A DNA stretch of 63,702 nt, the filler included, from Rhizaria sp. SCN 62-66 (taxonomy: Eukaryota), in NCBI GenBank assembly GCA_001724265.1. It is 4 parts of 4 records of this genome, joined end to end, with 100 filler letters (N's around TTAATTAATTAA, not from the genome) between each part and the next. Parts side by side here need not be neighbours in the genome. Positions count along the whole stretch, not along the records: positions 19,222 to 37,697 come from MEDY01000521.1; 3 more parts are not named here. One strand, given 5' to 3'. Position numbers and translations under genes: made by a program. The notes under the pieces were generated by a model that searched no databases, was not told the DNA's origin, and saw nothing but the letters and a program-made list of their open reading frames with translations. Below are positions 25,647-36,671 of this stretch, piece by piece. How positions within the stretch are numbered: position 1 is the stretch's first letter; every line of letters starts with the position of its first letter.

Positions 25647-27132
25647 TTTCGAGCGATAACCCCTCCCGTGACGTTTTCTATTTTAGTGATATCATTTGAG
25701 AGTGCTGTGTGTAGCCCATGGATGGAGGCGCGACATGGCGTACGTAATATTTCTACTTCATTAGTATTTTCTTTTGGACATCGTGCACATTTGTGCACAT
25801 GCTATTTCAACACCAATAAACGCAATCATTATCATCGTTCAACAAGTTTCAACGTTTAATGGAATTAAAAATGTCGAATAGTTATCACAAGGTTTATTTT
25901 TTTCCGCAGGCCAAATCATGCTGCGTCGCGTCGGCATGTTTATGTTTGATGATGACGCTGAAAACAATGTACAACTGGTTTAATATCTTTTGCAAGAGAA
26001 TCAATCGATGTATAGTATGGACAATAGATTATGACAAGAAAAACATTTTCAACACTGAACTGATCGGCTTAAGAGGCGTGAGTTCGATTCACAGAAAACA
26101 GCGATTCGGGCATGCTAACATAAACAGGAGGAACGTACGTGTTTGTCACGTTATTTGTCATAATCAGTCTTGGTGCATAACACATCACACAAAATAAGCG
26201 AGCTTGGGAATAAGCCTTACTAAAACACAGCTAACAACACACGATGTATTAATCCTAATAACTACATCAAACAATTTCACAGTTCTGATACAATATGCTA
26301 TGAAGTACGGCTGTACTCGTCAGTAATGAAGTACTTGGAGCTTACGCTGCATCATCGTGAAGTGCACTGCTTTTATAACTGAACCCGCTAAATGTACAGG
26401 TATTGGCCTGATCGTAGTTGAGTTCTGTTGGTTTTTCGGCGTTGTACTGTCAATTTTGTGGTTGTTGTTGGTGCTTACCGGCACGTCCGTCGGGTCAACC
26501 GAAGCGCATTTGTCTCAGTGATAACGGCAGAGGTTGTCGGAGCTGGCGGCGCGCGCTGTGGCGGCACGCCTAGCCGTAACGACATGCCGTGGAGCTGTCT
26601 TGGTAAAGGCGAGGCCCGTGGCTGTGCGTCCGGACACGGGCGGCTTGACTGGGGCTGATGCGGGAAAGCCATGCTTGTTAGAGGACATAATAGAATGTTT
26701 CTCTGACTCTACTTCAAATTTTTCCGCGGAATAATCAAACTTGTGTTTGTCAAATCCATGAGAACACAAACCTCTGTCACCGCGCACGGTCATTTGGTCG
26801 GTCCAAGTGCCAGCAACACGTCCGGATTGACAAAATTTTCCACAAGCAAATGCGCAATGAAGTCGTCGTCAATAGACGTATCTACTTAAAGAAATATTGT
26901 TCAAGTCATTCTTGTATAAGTATTAAATTATTTCTGCGTCAGACTTTGCTCACTACAAAATAATCACATGATTTTACCGGAGCCGGTTCTTGGCTCTCTC
27001 GACTATCTTCATCGCAAAATCATCACTCACATCCACAGATTTGTTAGTCACAGTGACAACAAGTGCACACAAAACAGCTTGAAACATTAGCCAAAACGAC
27101 ATTGCCGCGTTCTGCTGCAACTATCGAGTGGA

Positions 27133-30100
27133 ATGAACCACTTGCCGCTCGCATCAGTTATCGAGCGAGGTGGTCCGCAACCAGCCTCCATTTTTTCTCA
27201 CAGGAACAGTAGCGGTCCCCAGAGCATTAGCCCACGCATGCTATTATCACCAAGCAGCACACATATGTTTGCCTATACAACCCCTGCTGATAACACTGAT
27301 GTCAGTGCCGCCTCAAGAGCCACTGCTTCTTTATTCTTTTCATCAGCTCTGCCCTCACCTTCAGCTCAGTACAGCTCAACCTTTGCGGTCAACACAAATC
27401 CAAGCAACTATTGCACAGCCGCTCCCGTTCCGACAACGAGCAACAATAATGAACCCAAGGACGTCAGCAGCGCCGCTAATGCAACTGTATTCACCGCATT
27501 TGGACTGTCTCCGTTTGCCATCATGGCGACTCACATTGGCGCGCTTCCAACGACCGATACTAGCGGTGTCCCCGGCCTGTTTTCGCCAACAGGAGACGCA
27601 CTTGCGCATGCGTTGGCTTCATCACCAATCTTTAGCACACGCTCGTCGCCTACGTTTGCTCAGACCGCAACAGCTTTCCCGCTGGCAATGACTCTGACCA
27701 GAGGAGCGGCACCGATGACAGATTTTGGCGACAGCGTCGATGCAATTACCGAGCTACACAACACACATCAAGCGCCGTACGTGCCAGGTGGCCCAGGCTA
27801 TGTTGTCCGCAACGGTTGCTCCCGCAGCAGCGTTACCGGAAGTGATAGTGACTGCAGCTACGCTGATGATGAGAACGAAGACGAAGGGAGAAACTCAATC
27901 TTTGAAGAGAGTACTGGGACGTCGGTACAGCTGCCACCATTGCCGCCACCGATGGTATCCACACAGAGTTTCAGCGGCCACGCATACTCTCTGAGTAACA
28001 GCAGCACTCTGAGCAATAGCGGAAGCCCATTCATTTGCTCAGAGACAGGCAACAATGTGAGCGTGCGCGTTGATGGCAACGCTCGCGTTCTTGCAAACAT
28101 CACCAGTGACCAGCGCCGGTTGTACAAACGCGCAGACTGTGGGCAGCACGAACATGCCTGTGACCAGACGCAGGGCAGTGACTATGAGATTAGTGACTGT
28201 CAGCAAGACGCAGGAGAAACTGTGATGCACACAATGAAGCGCGCGCGCACGCACACACAGCTTCGCTCACTGCGGCACCCGCCGTCCACACAGTTGCAGC
28301 AGCCTGATCAACATCTCGGTCATCATAACCGAGTTATTGAGCTCGAACAAAAGCACTCATTAGAGGAAATTCACAGTCGTAGTCAGAACAATCCCCCCAT
28401 GTGCACACAGAACACAAAAAATCATTCTGGTGGTGACACAGGCAACCGCGAAGACGTTGCCCCCAGGACAAGTCGCATTTGGGTTCGGTCGGCAGCAGCG
28501 CCGTTTCCACCGCCGCGCTCGCGCGTGCACGCGAACAACGCCGTTCACGGCGTTGCACACAATCCCATCACTAACACAAATACAACCGTAGCCAACGAAG
28601 CCTCTAATTCCGTTGTAAGCATCATCAACGGCGCACATGTAAACAACGGCACAGTTGTTGCAGCTGTGGCTAACACATCAATGTTTACACCAGCAACCGC
28701 TGATGCCCACACATACGCTGGCACTACTACCGGAGGCGCTGCTTGCCACAATGTGACATCAACTCAGGGACATGTCACCATCAACACCAGCCCGCATGCT
28801 GACGACCGCGCTCACACATCATTGCTTAAGGGAGCTCTTGCTGACGCATGCGCACCGCTTAACACCAACAGTCGGAGCGGTAACACGTTGTTCAGTGTTG
28901 TTGGCTATTCAGCGGACTGCCTCCTCGTTAACGCGACTGGCACAAACGCCTCTTCTGACAACTCAACATTCACAGCTAACAACAGTAGCAACGTTGACGT
29001 TGCAGGCGTCAGCGCTGTGAGCAGTCAAATAGACTATAATGCTGATGAACACGAACAAAAATACGCAAAGTCTCAGTTTTCCCCCGTTGAAGACCGTGTG
29101 AGTGGCTTTACTGGTGGTTTAAGCACTAAAACACACACTGATATACGCCCTCGTGCAATTACTTACGCTATGGTACACCAGGAGTGCGACACCGCAGCAT
29201 TGTTGGCGCCAGCAACAACAACTGAAGCAGCGCAGTTGGGCGATGGGTTTATGAGCATCACGCCCATTGCAAACGGCGATGAAGCGTATGATTCAGAGTT
29301 TGGTGCGATTGTTACTGGTGCAGTTGGTGTATACAGCACTGTCATTGGCACTTGTCATCAAAATTTCGACAGCAGCGTTGGCAAAACCAATATTAACCAG
29401 GGTACTGGCATGGGTATCGACGGTATGTACACCTCAAGCACTGATCGTCACGATGTCGCCTTTCATAAAGCAGAAGCATCGGGCGTTGCTCACACTGGAA
29501 AATTCGCCGCTCACAGGATCGGCGCATACGACGAAGAGTCGTATTCTGGTGATGCGTATACTGTGGATACTTATAATGAAGGCAGTTACACTGCGACAGC
29601 ACTTAATCAAAGCATGACGCAGCACAATCCAAGCACAAGTGCATCTGCTGCTGCCACGTCACAGGGTTTGCCGAACAACCAAACACCGCATCACAGCGGC
29701 GTAGTGAGCACGGAACAACTGACAAGCGATTTGCAACACTACCACAACTATCGCCCACATCCCATGGCTGACACTACCCAACCGCAAAGTCACATCAAAC
29801 AGCATCATGCGCAGTTGCATCAACAGCAGAGGCAGCAGGGCGAGATTAAATGCAGTCGTCAGTCTGAGTCCGCTGCTAGCGCTGCGACCAGTAGCAACAT
29901 TGGCGGTGGCCGCCGCACACTGAACCCTCATTATCAGGAGTTCTTAAACAGTAACACTCAGTTCCAATTCCGCTACACAAGTGCAAACAGGTTGAACCAA
30001 CACTCAGCCGGCAGTGAGCCGAATATGACCACAACTAACAACAGTGGTAGCTTTGCACACCTGCCAGCAACTCTTCCTGCGCCGGTTCCCCTTCCCCAGT

Positions 30101-31293
30101 CCGCTCCTGCCACGAAGACGTTGCCAGCCTCTGCATCAGTCCCTGCTTCTGCTTCTACACATGCACTTGCTCCCACAGCTTTCGAAATCCCTTTCAATCA
30201 CAGTGAAGAAGGTGTGCCAAGAGAGCTCGCTCAACAGTTTTCTACGAGCAGTTACACGACTGGTGTTGCTGCTGCAGGAGTAAATTCAATTGTGACAGGG
30301 CTGCCATCACAGTTGCCGGTGACAACGATTACAACGCGGTATCCAAACAACAGAAGCAGCTCTACCACGCGCACAAGCGCCCGCATCAGTAGCGCCGGTA
30401 GCAGCATAAACTACAGCAACAGAAGTAGATACTCGCGCCGCAACAGCACTGGCAACAATAACAGGGCTGTCATCGCCAGCATCGGCGCAAACACAGCTGT
30501 ACCGCAGCAACAAAACGCATTCTCAATGCAGAACCAGCAACCTCCGCTCCAGCAACAGCATTACCACCAGCAGCAGCGCCTTCCGTACGCGCCTTCGATG
30601 TTCACAGCGCCCGTGCATGGAAACCTTGTGCATACAGCAACAGCTATGAACAGCGCAGCGCTGCCTTACGCACGAGCAAACGGCTCCGGCCCTGGCACAG
30701 CAGCTGTTCTTGTAGCGCCACCAGTTGCGCGGCTGCCGCTGTTGGTCTCCATTAACAACGGTGTCAAGCGGTTTCACTGCCGCGAGTGCAACAAGGTTTT
30801 CTCACAACGCGGGGGCTTGCACATCCACATGCGCACGCACACAAACCAGCGGCCGTACGTGTGCGATATTTGCCAGGCGGCCTTTTCGCAGGCCTGCAAC
30901 CTCAAGCGCCACGTGCGCGGACACACAGGTGAGAAGCCCTGGGCCTGTCCTGTGTGTAACAAGCGCTTCAACCGCAAGTTTAGCGTTGCCAAGCACATTG
31001 AAACGCAGCACGCAAACGGAAACAACAACGCCGCAAGTGCGGGTGCGGGTGCAAACAACGAGGCCAACAACAACGGCAAAAAGCGCACACGCGGTGGCAC
31101 CCAAGCTGTAGGCGCGACGCCAGCGGTGTCTACGTCTTCGGGCTTAGTTGCGACTGCGGCAGCGGCGGCGGCGGGAACTGGCGGCCCTGGCCTTCCTCGC
31201 GCAGTTTTTGATGACGATGATGATGATGATGATGAGGAGGAGGAGGACGGCGAGGAATACGAAGACAACAACGACCAGCAGCTACAGCAATAA
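27133..31293 (+). CDS. C2H2 zinc-finger transcription factor, apparently intronless, 1386 aa, with three C-terminal fingers
   Basis: FHCRECNKVFSQRGGLHIHMRTH-TNQRP-YVCDICQAAFSQACNLKRHVRGH-TGEKP-WACPVCNKRFNRKFSVAKHIETQH at about 30772-31011; long S/T/N/Q-rich N-terminus. Stop TAA. Confidence 0.9.
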   Translation: MNHLPLASVIERGGPQPASIFSHRNSSGPQSISPRMLLSPSSTHMFAYTTPADNTDVSAASRATASLFFSSALPSPSAQYSSTFAVNTNPSNYCTAAPVPTTSNNNEPKDVSSAANATVFTAFGLSPFAIMATHIGALPTTDTSGVPGLFSPTGDALAHALASSPIFSTRSSPTFAQTATAFPLAMTLTRGAAPMTDFGDSVDAITELHNTHQAPYVPGGPGYVVRNGCSRSSVTGSDSDCSYADDENEDEGRNSIFEESTGTSVQLPPLPPPMVSTQSFSGHAYSLSNSSTLSNSGSPFICSETGNNVSVRVDGNARVLANITSDQRRLYKRADCGQHEHACDQTQGSDYEISDCQQDAGETVMHTMKRARTHTQLRSLRHPPSTQLQQPDQHLGHHNRVIELEQKHSLEEIHSRSQNNPPMCTQNTKNHSGGDTGNREDVAPRTSRIWVRSAAAPFPPPRSRVHANNAVHGVAHNPITNTNTTVANEASNSVVSIINGAHVNNGTVVAAVANTSMFTPATADAHTYAGTTTGGAACHNVTSTQGHVTINTSPHADDRAHTSLLKGALADACAPLNTNSRSGNTLFSVVGYSADCLLVNATGTNASSDNSTFTANNSSNVDVAGVSAVSSQIDYNADEHEQKYAKSQFSPVEDRVSGFTGGLSTKTHTDIRPRAITYAMVHQECDTAALLAPATTTEAAQLGDGFMSITPIANGDEAYDSEFGAIVTGAVGVYSTVIGTCHQNFDSSVGKTNINQGTGMGIDGMYTSSTDRHDVAFHKAEASGVAHTGKFAAHRIGAYDEESYSGDAYTVDTYNEGSYTATALNQSMTQHNPSTSASAAATSQGLPNNQTPHHSGVVSTEQLTSDLQHYHNYRPHPMADTTQPQSHIKQHHAQLHQQQRQQGEIKCSRQSESAASAATSSNIGGGRRTLNPHYQEFLNSNTQFQFRYTSANRLNQHSAGSEPNMTTTNNSGSFAHLPATLPAPVPLPQSAPATKTLPASASVPASASTHALAPTAFEIPFNHSEEGVPRELAQQFSTSSYTTGVAAAGVNSIVTGLPSQLPVTTITTRYPNNRSSSTTRTSARISSAGSSINYSNRSRYSRRNSTGNNNRAVIASIGANTAVPQQQNAFSMQNQQPPLQQQHYHQQQRLPYAPSMFTAPVHGNLVHTATAMNSAALPYARANGSGPGTAAVLVAPPVARLPLLVSINNGVKRFHCRECNKVFSQRGGLHIHMRTHTNQRPYVCDICQAAFSQACNLKRHVRGHTGEKPWACPVCNKRFNRKFSVAKHIETQHANGNNNAASAGAGANNEANNNGKKRTRGGTQAVGATPAVSTSSGLVATAAAAAAGTGGPGLPRAVFDDDDDDDDEEEEDGEEYEDNNDQQLQQ

Positions 31294-31914
31294 TGCTATG
31301 AGTGACAACGGCAGCTACGTGAGTCCCGATTCTTGGTACACGGCGGCTAAAATTATAGATCACTCGTAGAGACAATGCTAGGAAAAACAACACTTAGTTA
31401 CTAAAAGCAACGACACAAGACCTTCAAAACAATTTACCACGACTATTGAACAAACATATTGCGCCCTGTGAAAGCACAGGGACACTTTCAACGCAATAAA
31501 CAAAGAATTGAGTTGACTGGCTGCTAATACAAGTCATACGTGTATTGATACAAGTCGATTTTATGTTAAGGCTTAAGTTACGTTAGATCAACACCAGGCA
31601 GAGACTACAAGGTGATATCACTCAACGCAGGTTTCTTGAGAATGGTCTACTCAAAAAAGAAGAACTCATAAAAAGTGGTGGGAATAAAACGGAGCAAAGT
31701 TGACAACCAGATAAGCTACATACATTGAGATGTAAAGCTAGATATCAGTGTGATTATATGTGCAGCGCAGTGCGTGTTCTAGTTGCCATGCGCCGCCATA
31801 CAGCGTGTCTAAAGATATTGGGGTACATAAACTTTAGAATTAAAAACACAAACTTTTGTTGCGTTACATTTTGATTTGGAGCGGAAGTGCATGTGTCCGT
31901 GCTTGCTACGGCGC

Positions 31915-34900
31915 TTAAAAAGCATTGTCAGCAGCAGCGGCGACAATACGCAAAGGCAGCACAAGTGCTGTGGGCAGCACAATCTTATGACCCTGACTGT
32001 GAGTGTCGCTGTTAGAATTGGCAACAGCAGAACCGCTCTCGCACTCTCTCTTAATGCTCTTGCTGTCGCTGTGGTAGTAATTGTGACTCACAGTCTCGGT
32101 CACAACAGCAGTAGCAGCAGAGCCATTACTTTGAGTCACATTCTCTTGCTGCTGTTGCTGCTGCTGCAGCTGCTGGAAGCGCCACCGGAGGCGCACACCA
32201 GACTCGCTGTCACTGCTGCTGCCACAGTCCTGGGAGCCGGGCACAGTGGCCGTGACGGCGACGGTGAGCGCGCTGGCCTCGTCCTCGCTCAGCGGCACGA
32301 GCAGCTGCCACAGCAGCGCGCCATCGCACATGTTGAGCGCGAGGTTGGACACCAGCACGTCTAAGGGTGTACTTACATCAACCGCGGAAAACGCGGTGCC
32401 ATCAAGAGCGAGGCCCTTAGCCGCGGCGTCGCGGAGTAGGTGTTCCTTGGCGGCCGCGATGTAAGGGGCCGCGAAGGGATTCGCAGCGAAGAGGCGTGCA
32501 AACGCAGCGTTGGCCACGACATAGAGACGCGACACAGGCGCCGTAGTAGTGCCGGAGCAAGTAATAGTCAGCTGAGACGCAAGCTCCGGTGACTGTGACG
32601 GCGCCTGCGGCTGACTAAAGGTAAGCGGGAACACGCTAGAATCGGCATCAGTGTTACTGGCATAGTTATTATTGTTGCTTGTTGGGAAGAGAGGCAGGTC
32701 GATGTTGACAACGACCGTGGGCGTCCTCTTGTCGTTGGAGTCTGTCTCGGCCATGAAGCGCTGCAAGTGCGACAGAAGCACGTAAGTGCCTTTGTTCGCA
32801 GAGCTGACACCGAGACTGTGGTTGTGGCTGTGGCCGCGGGCGGCGGCGGGGCTGTCCGAGGAGGCGGCGCGGGACGGCAGCTGGCACTCGAGCTCGCTGT
32901 CAGCGTCCGCGGCCGCGTCGGCAGCATTGCGAACGCGCTTCACAGTGTGACCCGCGCCAGCAGCGCCGCCATCACTGCTCTCTGTCTTGACAACGACAAC
33001 GACCTCGGCCTTCGTGTCGGCGCCGGCGCCGGCGTCGGCGTCAGCCTCGGTCTTGGTATCGGCATTGGCACTGGCACTTGCCGTGTCGCACGCGGGCCGC
33101 TTCACGCCGCGCGCGCAGTTGCCGTGCGAGTTGGCGAGCGCAACGAGGTGGCTGATAAGCAGCGCCTTGCGCAGCACCACGTCCGTGTCCAGGTAGCTGT
33201 TCGCGGCGGCGGGGGACGCAATGCTGCGCGTGTCGCTGCCTGCGCTAGACAGGGGCGACACGGGCAGCGAGCCGCTGCTGTTGACGTCGCTCGCGCTGGG
33301 AACCGGCGAGCGCGAGCGCGGCGAGCGCGCGGGCGAGGCCCTCAGCACCGGCGAGGACTGCTGCGTCAGCAGCGAGTACAGCAGCGCCGCGGCGGCCTGG
33401 CCCCACTGGCGCGCGACCACGCCCGCCGCGTCGCCGCCTTCGTCGCTCTGGCCGGCCGCCTGCGTATGGCCGGTTTGCGCGGGGCTCAATACCGCCTTGG
33501 TGCGCGCGAGCGTCTCGGTGAGCGCGGCGGTGGCCACCTGGCCAAGAGCGCGGCACACCGCGTGGCTCGACGACGCCACCGACAGCCGCGGCGACGCAGA
33601 CCGAGACTGCGCTTGCGACTGTGAGCCCGCGGGGGACTGCGCGCCGCCGCCGGTCAGCTCGGCGGCCGCGGCCGCAGAACGCGGCGAAGGCCACGAGGAG
33701 GGTGAGCCGCTGCCGTTGCCATTGACGGAGATCGGAGCGACCGTCGCTCCCGTGCTCTTGTTCACGACAACCTGCTGCGCCTGCGCCTGCGACTGTGAGA
33801 GCGAGGTGGAAAGCGCGAGCGCGAGGGCGCTCTTCTCGGCCGCGGGCAGCCGGCCCAGCAGTGCCAGCGCCGCGCTCGCCGTCGTGGGCGCCAGCGGGAT
33901 CGTGGGCGACAGCGGCGGCAGGACGGGCAGCATCAGGCCGGGAGCAGGCACACCAGTGGCCGCCGCAGTAGCGGCCGCCACCGCAGCGGGCGAGGCGGCG
34001 GAGGAGGTGACAGAGGGAGTCGAACTCGGAATGCGCACGGAGGCTAAGCCGCTAATGGAGCGGCGCGAAGGCAGTTCGACAGTTGGCATCGGCGCAGCCT
34101 TGTTTGCAACAGCGCTCGCGCTTTCACTGCCGTTCGATTTGACAGCAGCGGCAGCCGCAGCCCCAGGGGCGTTGCTGGCCGAGTCGAGACCGTTGTTCTT
34201 GTGAACGGGGTCCGCGTGGCCGCAGACCCCGCTTTCCTTACAGTCCTTGTCGCAGCCCTCTGCATCGTCGACTTCGCCGTCAACCTCGGCGTCGGCGTCA
34301 GCGTCTTCGTGCTCGTCGTCGTCTTCCTCGTCATCCTCGTACTCTTCGTCGTCGTCCTCGGCCTCGGCATTGACGTCGTCCGTCATCGGCAGCGAAGCCG
34401 CGGCCGCGGCGGCATTCGCGGCGGCGGCAGCAGCAGCGGCAGCGGCGGCGGCCGCGCGTCCCTTGGCGCCGCGGCCGCCGAGCCCTAACAGCTGCTGTTG
34501 CTGCTGATGCTGTTGCTGCAAGAGCTGCTGCTGCTGCACCTGCTGTTGCAGCGCACTATGCGCGTTCGCGTGCCCCGCCTGTCCGTGGCCGTGGCCGTTG
34601 CCGTGGCCGTGCGCGTGGCTGTGCGCGTGGTTGTGGTGGCTGTGGTGGTGGCTGTGGCGGCCGGGCTTCTTGCGGCCGCGGCTCACGGCCGGCGCGTCCA
34701 CGCACAGGTGTGCGCGGCCCGCGTTGGCGCAGCGCGAGCACGGCCGGTGGAAGTCGCACTTGAGCTTGCTGCTGCGGCAGTGGACGCACGCGCGCGACAC
34801 GCGCTCGCTGCTGCGCCCGCCGTTGCCGCCGCCCGCGGCCGCGGCGGCCGCGGAGCCTGCCGCCGCGGCGGCCGCGTCGCCGGCAGAGACTGCGGCGGCA

Positions 34901-36132
34901 GCGTTGGGGTGCATGTGGCCGTGGCCGTGGCCATGGCTGTGGACGAGGGCGTTGTAGTCCAGGTGACTGTGGGTGTGCAAATGGCCGTGGGCATGGTGAC
35001 CGTGAGCAGCGAAGTGACTGTGAGCGCTGGGGTGAAATGAGCCGTTGACAAACTGCTGCACCTGCGCCTGTGCCTGCGCTTGAGCCTGCTGTTGCTGCTG
35101 AAGCTGTTGCTGAGCAGCCGCCACGGCCGCCGCGGCAAAGAGACCGTGGGCAGGAGCGTGACCGTGGGCGGCGGCGGCGCGCGCGCCCGTGCTGGCGATG
35201 TTCGCGGCCGCGCTCGCGGGCAGAAATCGCGCCGTGCTATACGGCTGCTGCTGTTGTTGCTGCTGCTGACGGGCAGCGGAGCGTGACGTGTGACCGTGTA
35301 CGTTACCGTGACCGAGACTGTGACCGTGCGCAGCGGCAGCAGCGGCCAGCGCGTTCGACGGCGGACTGTTGCCGCCGGTGCTAGAACCCCCACGCGCCGC
35401 AGCGGCCGCGAGCGGCAGCGCTGCCGGGGGCGGCGTGTTGCCGTTGCTATTGGCGCTGCTGAGGGCGGACCCGGGACTGTTGGCCGCGGCCTCGGCCTCG
35501 GAGAGCTGCTTCTGCTGAGCGGACTGAATCACCTGCAACAGCTGCAACAGCTGCTGCTGTTGCTGTTGTTGCTGCTGGTGCTGCTGGTGCTGCTGGCTCA
35601 TCATGCTGGACCCTGTAACGGCTGCGGCGGCTGCTGCAGCGGCTGCAGCGGCGGCGGGCGCGGGCGCTGCCGAGCCCGGGGCGGCGACAGACCGCAGCAG
35701 ACTGCCGAGAGCGGAGTTGTTGAGCGCTGCCGCGGCAGCGGAGGCAGCGGCTGCAGTTGCAGTCGCGTTCGATGCGCCAGTCGCCGTCGTCACCGGCGTC
35801 GCAGATTGGGCAGAGGGGCCCACCGGACGCGCGCCGGACGCAGCAGCGGCGCCGGGAGCCGAAAAGGGGTTCTGGGTAAGGCGAGATGCCGCAACAAAAT
35901 GCGTGTTGAGATATGGTGCTGCCTGAGAACCTGAAGAAGGAACGGATGCAGCGACAGCGGCCGCTGCGGCGGAGCCGACAGAGGCCGAACTCGGGCCGGG
36001 GAAGGAGGCCGCGGAGGGGGCCCCTGGAATGGTAAGGTTCCCGCCTTGCGGCGCCCACATTGAACCACCAGGCGCCGCAGATAGAGGTTTTGGGGCGGTA
36101 ACTCCGGGATAGAAGCGCGGATGTGAGATCAT
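31915..36132 (-). CDS. Zn(II)2Cys6 (GAL4-type) zinc-cluster transcription factor with a possible C-terminal PAS-like region, 1405 aa
   Basis: RACVHCRSSKLKCDFHRPCSRCANAGRAHLCVD (C-x2-C-x6-C-x5-C-x2-C-x8-C) at about 34696-34791; RTPTVVVN...LYVVANAAFARLF near the C-terminus. Stop TAA. Confidence 0.88.
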   Translation of the reverse strand: MISHPRFYPGVTAPKPLSAAPGGSMWAPQGGNLTIPGAPSAASFPGPSSASVGSAAAAAVAASVPSSGSQAAPYLNTHFVAASRLTQNPFSAPGAAAASGARPVGPSAQSATPVTTATGASNATATAAAASAAAAALNNSALGSLLRSVAAPGSAAPAPAAAAAAAAAAAAVTGSSMMSQQHQQHQQQQQQQQQLLQLLQVIQSAQQKQLSEAEAAANSPGSALSSANSNGNTPPPAALPLAAAAARGGSSTGGNSPPSNALAAAAAAHGHSLGHGNVHGHTSRSAARQQQQQQQQPYSTARFLPASAAANIASTGARAAAAHGHAPAHGLFAAAAVAAAQQQLQQQQQAQAQAQAQVQQFVNGSFHPSAHSHFAAHGHHAHGHLHTHSHLDYNALVHSHGHGHGHMHPNAAAAVSAGDAAAAAAGSAAAAAAGGGNGGRSSERVSRACVHCRSSKLKCDFHRPCSRCANAGRAHLCVDAPAVSRGRKKPGRHSHHHSHHNHAHSHAHGHGNGHGHGQAGHANAHSALQQQVQQQQLLQQQHQQQQQLLGLGGRGAKGRAAAAAAAAAAAAANAAAAAASLPMTDDVNAEAEDDDEEYEDDEEDDDEHEDADADAEVDGEVDDAEGCDKDCKESGVCGHADPVHKNNGLDSASNAPGAAAAAAVKSNGSESASAVANKAAPMPTVELPSRRSISGLASVRIPSSTPSVTSSAASPAAVAAATAAATGVPAPGLMLPVLPPLSPTIPLAPTTASAALALLGRLPAAEKSALALALSTSLSQSQAQAQQVVVNKSTGATVAPISVNGNGSGSPSSWPSPRSAAAAAELTGGGAQSPAGSQSQAQSRSASPRLSVASSSHAVCRALGQVATAALTETLARTKAVLSPAQTGHTQAAGQSDEGGDAAGVVARQWGQAAAALLYSLLTQQSSPVLRASPARSPRSRSPVPSASDVNSSGSLPVSPLSSAGSDTRSIASPAAANSYLDTDVVLRKALLISHLVALANSHGNCARGVKRPACDTASASANADTKTEADADAGAGADTKAEVVVVVKTESSDGGAAGAGHTVKRVRNAADAAADADSELECQLPSRAASSDSPAAARGHSHNHSLGVSSANKGTYVLLSHLQRFMAETDSNDKRTPTVVVNIDLPLFPTSNNNNYASNTDADSSVFPLTFSQPQAPSQSPELASQLTITCSGTTTAPVSRLYVVANAAFARLFAANPFAAPYIAAAKEHLLRDAAAKGLALDGTAFSAVDVSTPLDVLVSNLALNMCDGALLWQLLVPLSEDEASALTVAVTATVPGSQDCGSSSDSESGVRLRWRFQQLQQQQQQQENVTQSNGSAATAVVTETVSHNYYHSDSKSIKRECESGSAVANSNSDTHSQGHKIVLPTALVLPLRIVAAAADNAF

Positions 36133-36533
36133 TGGGCGAGGTGCGAGTGGGGGGAGGAGATGATGCTATCGATGGTGTGCTTCAGGTAGGGCTACTAACA
36201 AGGGAGATAAAATGCATCATAGTGAGCGAATAGATCACAAAACAAATACCTTTTTCAGTAAAAAGATTGCAGGCGACAGTTGATTTTCGTATTATTAGAG
36301 CACATTAAGCGGTGTACATGCAGTGCACAAAGGCCGATTAATAAGCTTTCGGCTCGTCTTTCTGCCGAGTTGAGAATTTCAAAAATGGTGTGCACATGCG
36401 TAACTACGCATTCGGAATCTGAAATAATTTTCTAGCCAAATATGCTAAATATAAAAAAACCTGGCGAGCGTAGGCCAGTCAAACACATCGGTGATGCAGC
36501 TTGCTAGCGCTAAAAAACTGAACATGTACCTTT

Positions 36534-36671
36534 CGGGTTGACGTCATCGGGTAAAAGGCCACCAGCAGACCAGCCCGACGCCGGACCACCCGACCGACCG
36601 ACCCGATCGAATCACAACCACAAATCATTTTTGGCCACAAATCATTTTTAGGATCTTGTCGGGATCTTGTC
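36534..36671. promoter_or_regulatory. Candidate promoter module upstream of the zinc-cluster gene: TGACGTCA palindrome plus short direct repeats
   Basis: TGACGTCA at 36539-36546 flanked by CGGG on both sides; (CCGA)n at about 36590-36606; AAATCATTTTT twice (36621, 36638); GGATCTTGTC twice (36651, 36662). Function is inferred only. Confidence 0.3.

Noticed and set aside
24757-25659. Regular short repeats as a CRISPR-like array, or a separate LR/LM/LT-repeat protein
   Set aside because: Coding hexamer microsatellites (Ala-Glu/Ala-Asp) of the TPR tail read in another frame; no spacers.
26300-26870. Short minus-strand ORFs with an internal TGA upstream of the C2H2 gene as TGA readthrough or a selenoprotein
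   Set aside because: No recognisable domain, no host-like codon bias and no SECIS-like support; all Trp codons checked in confident genes are TGG.
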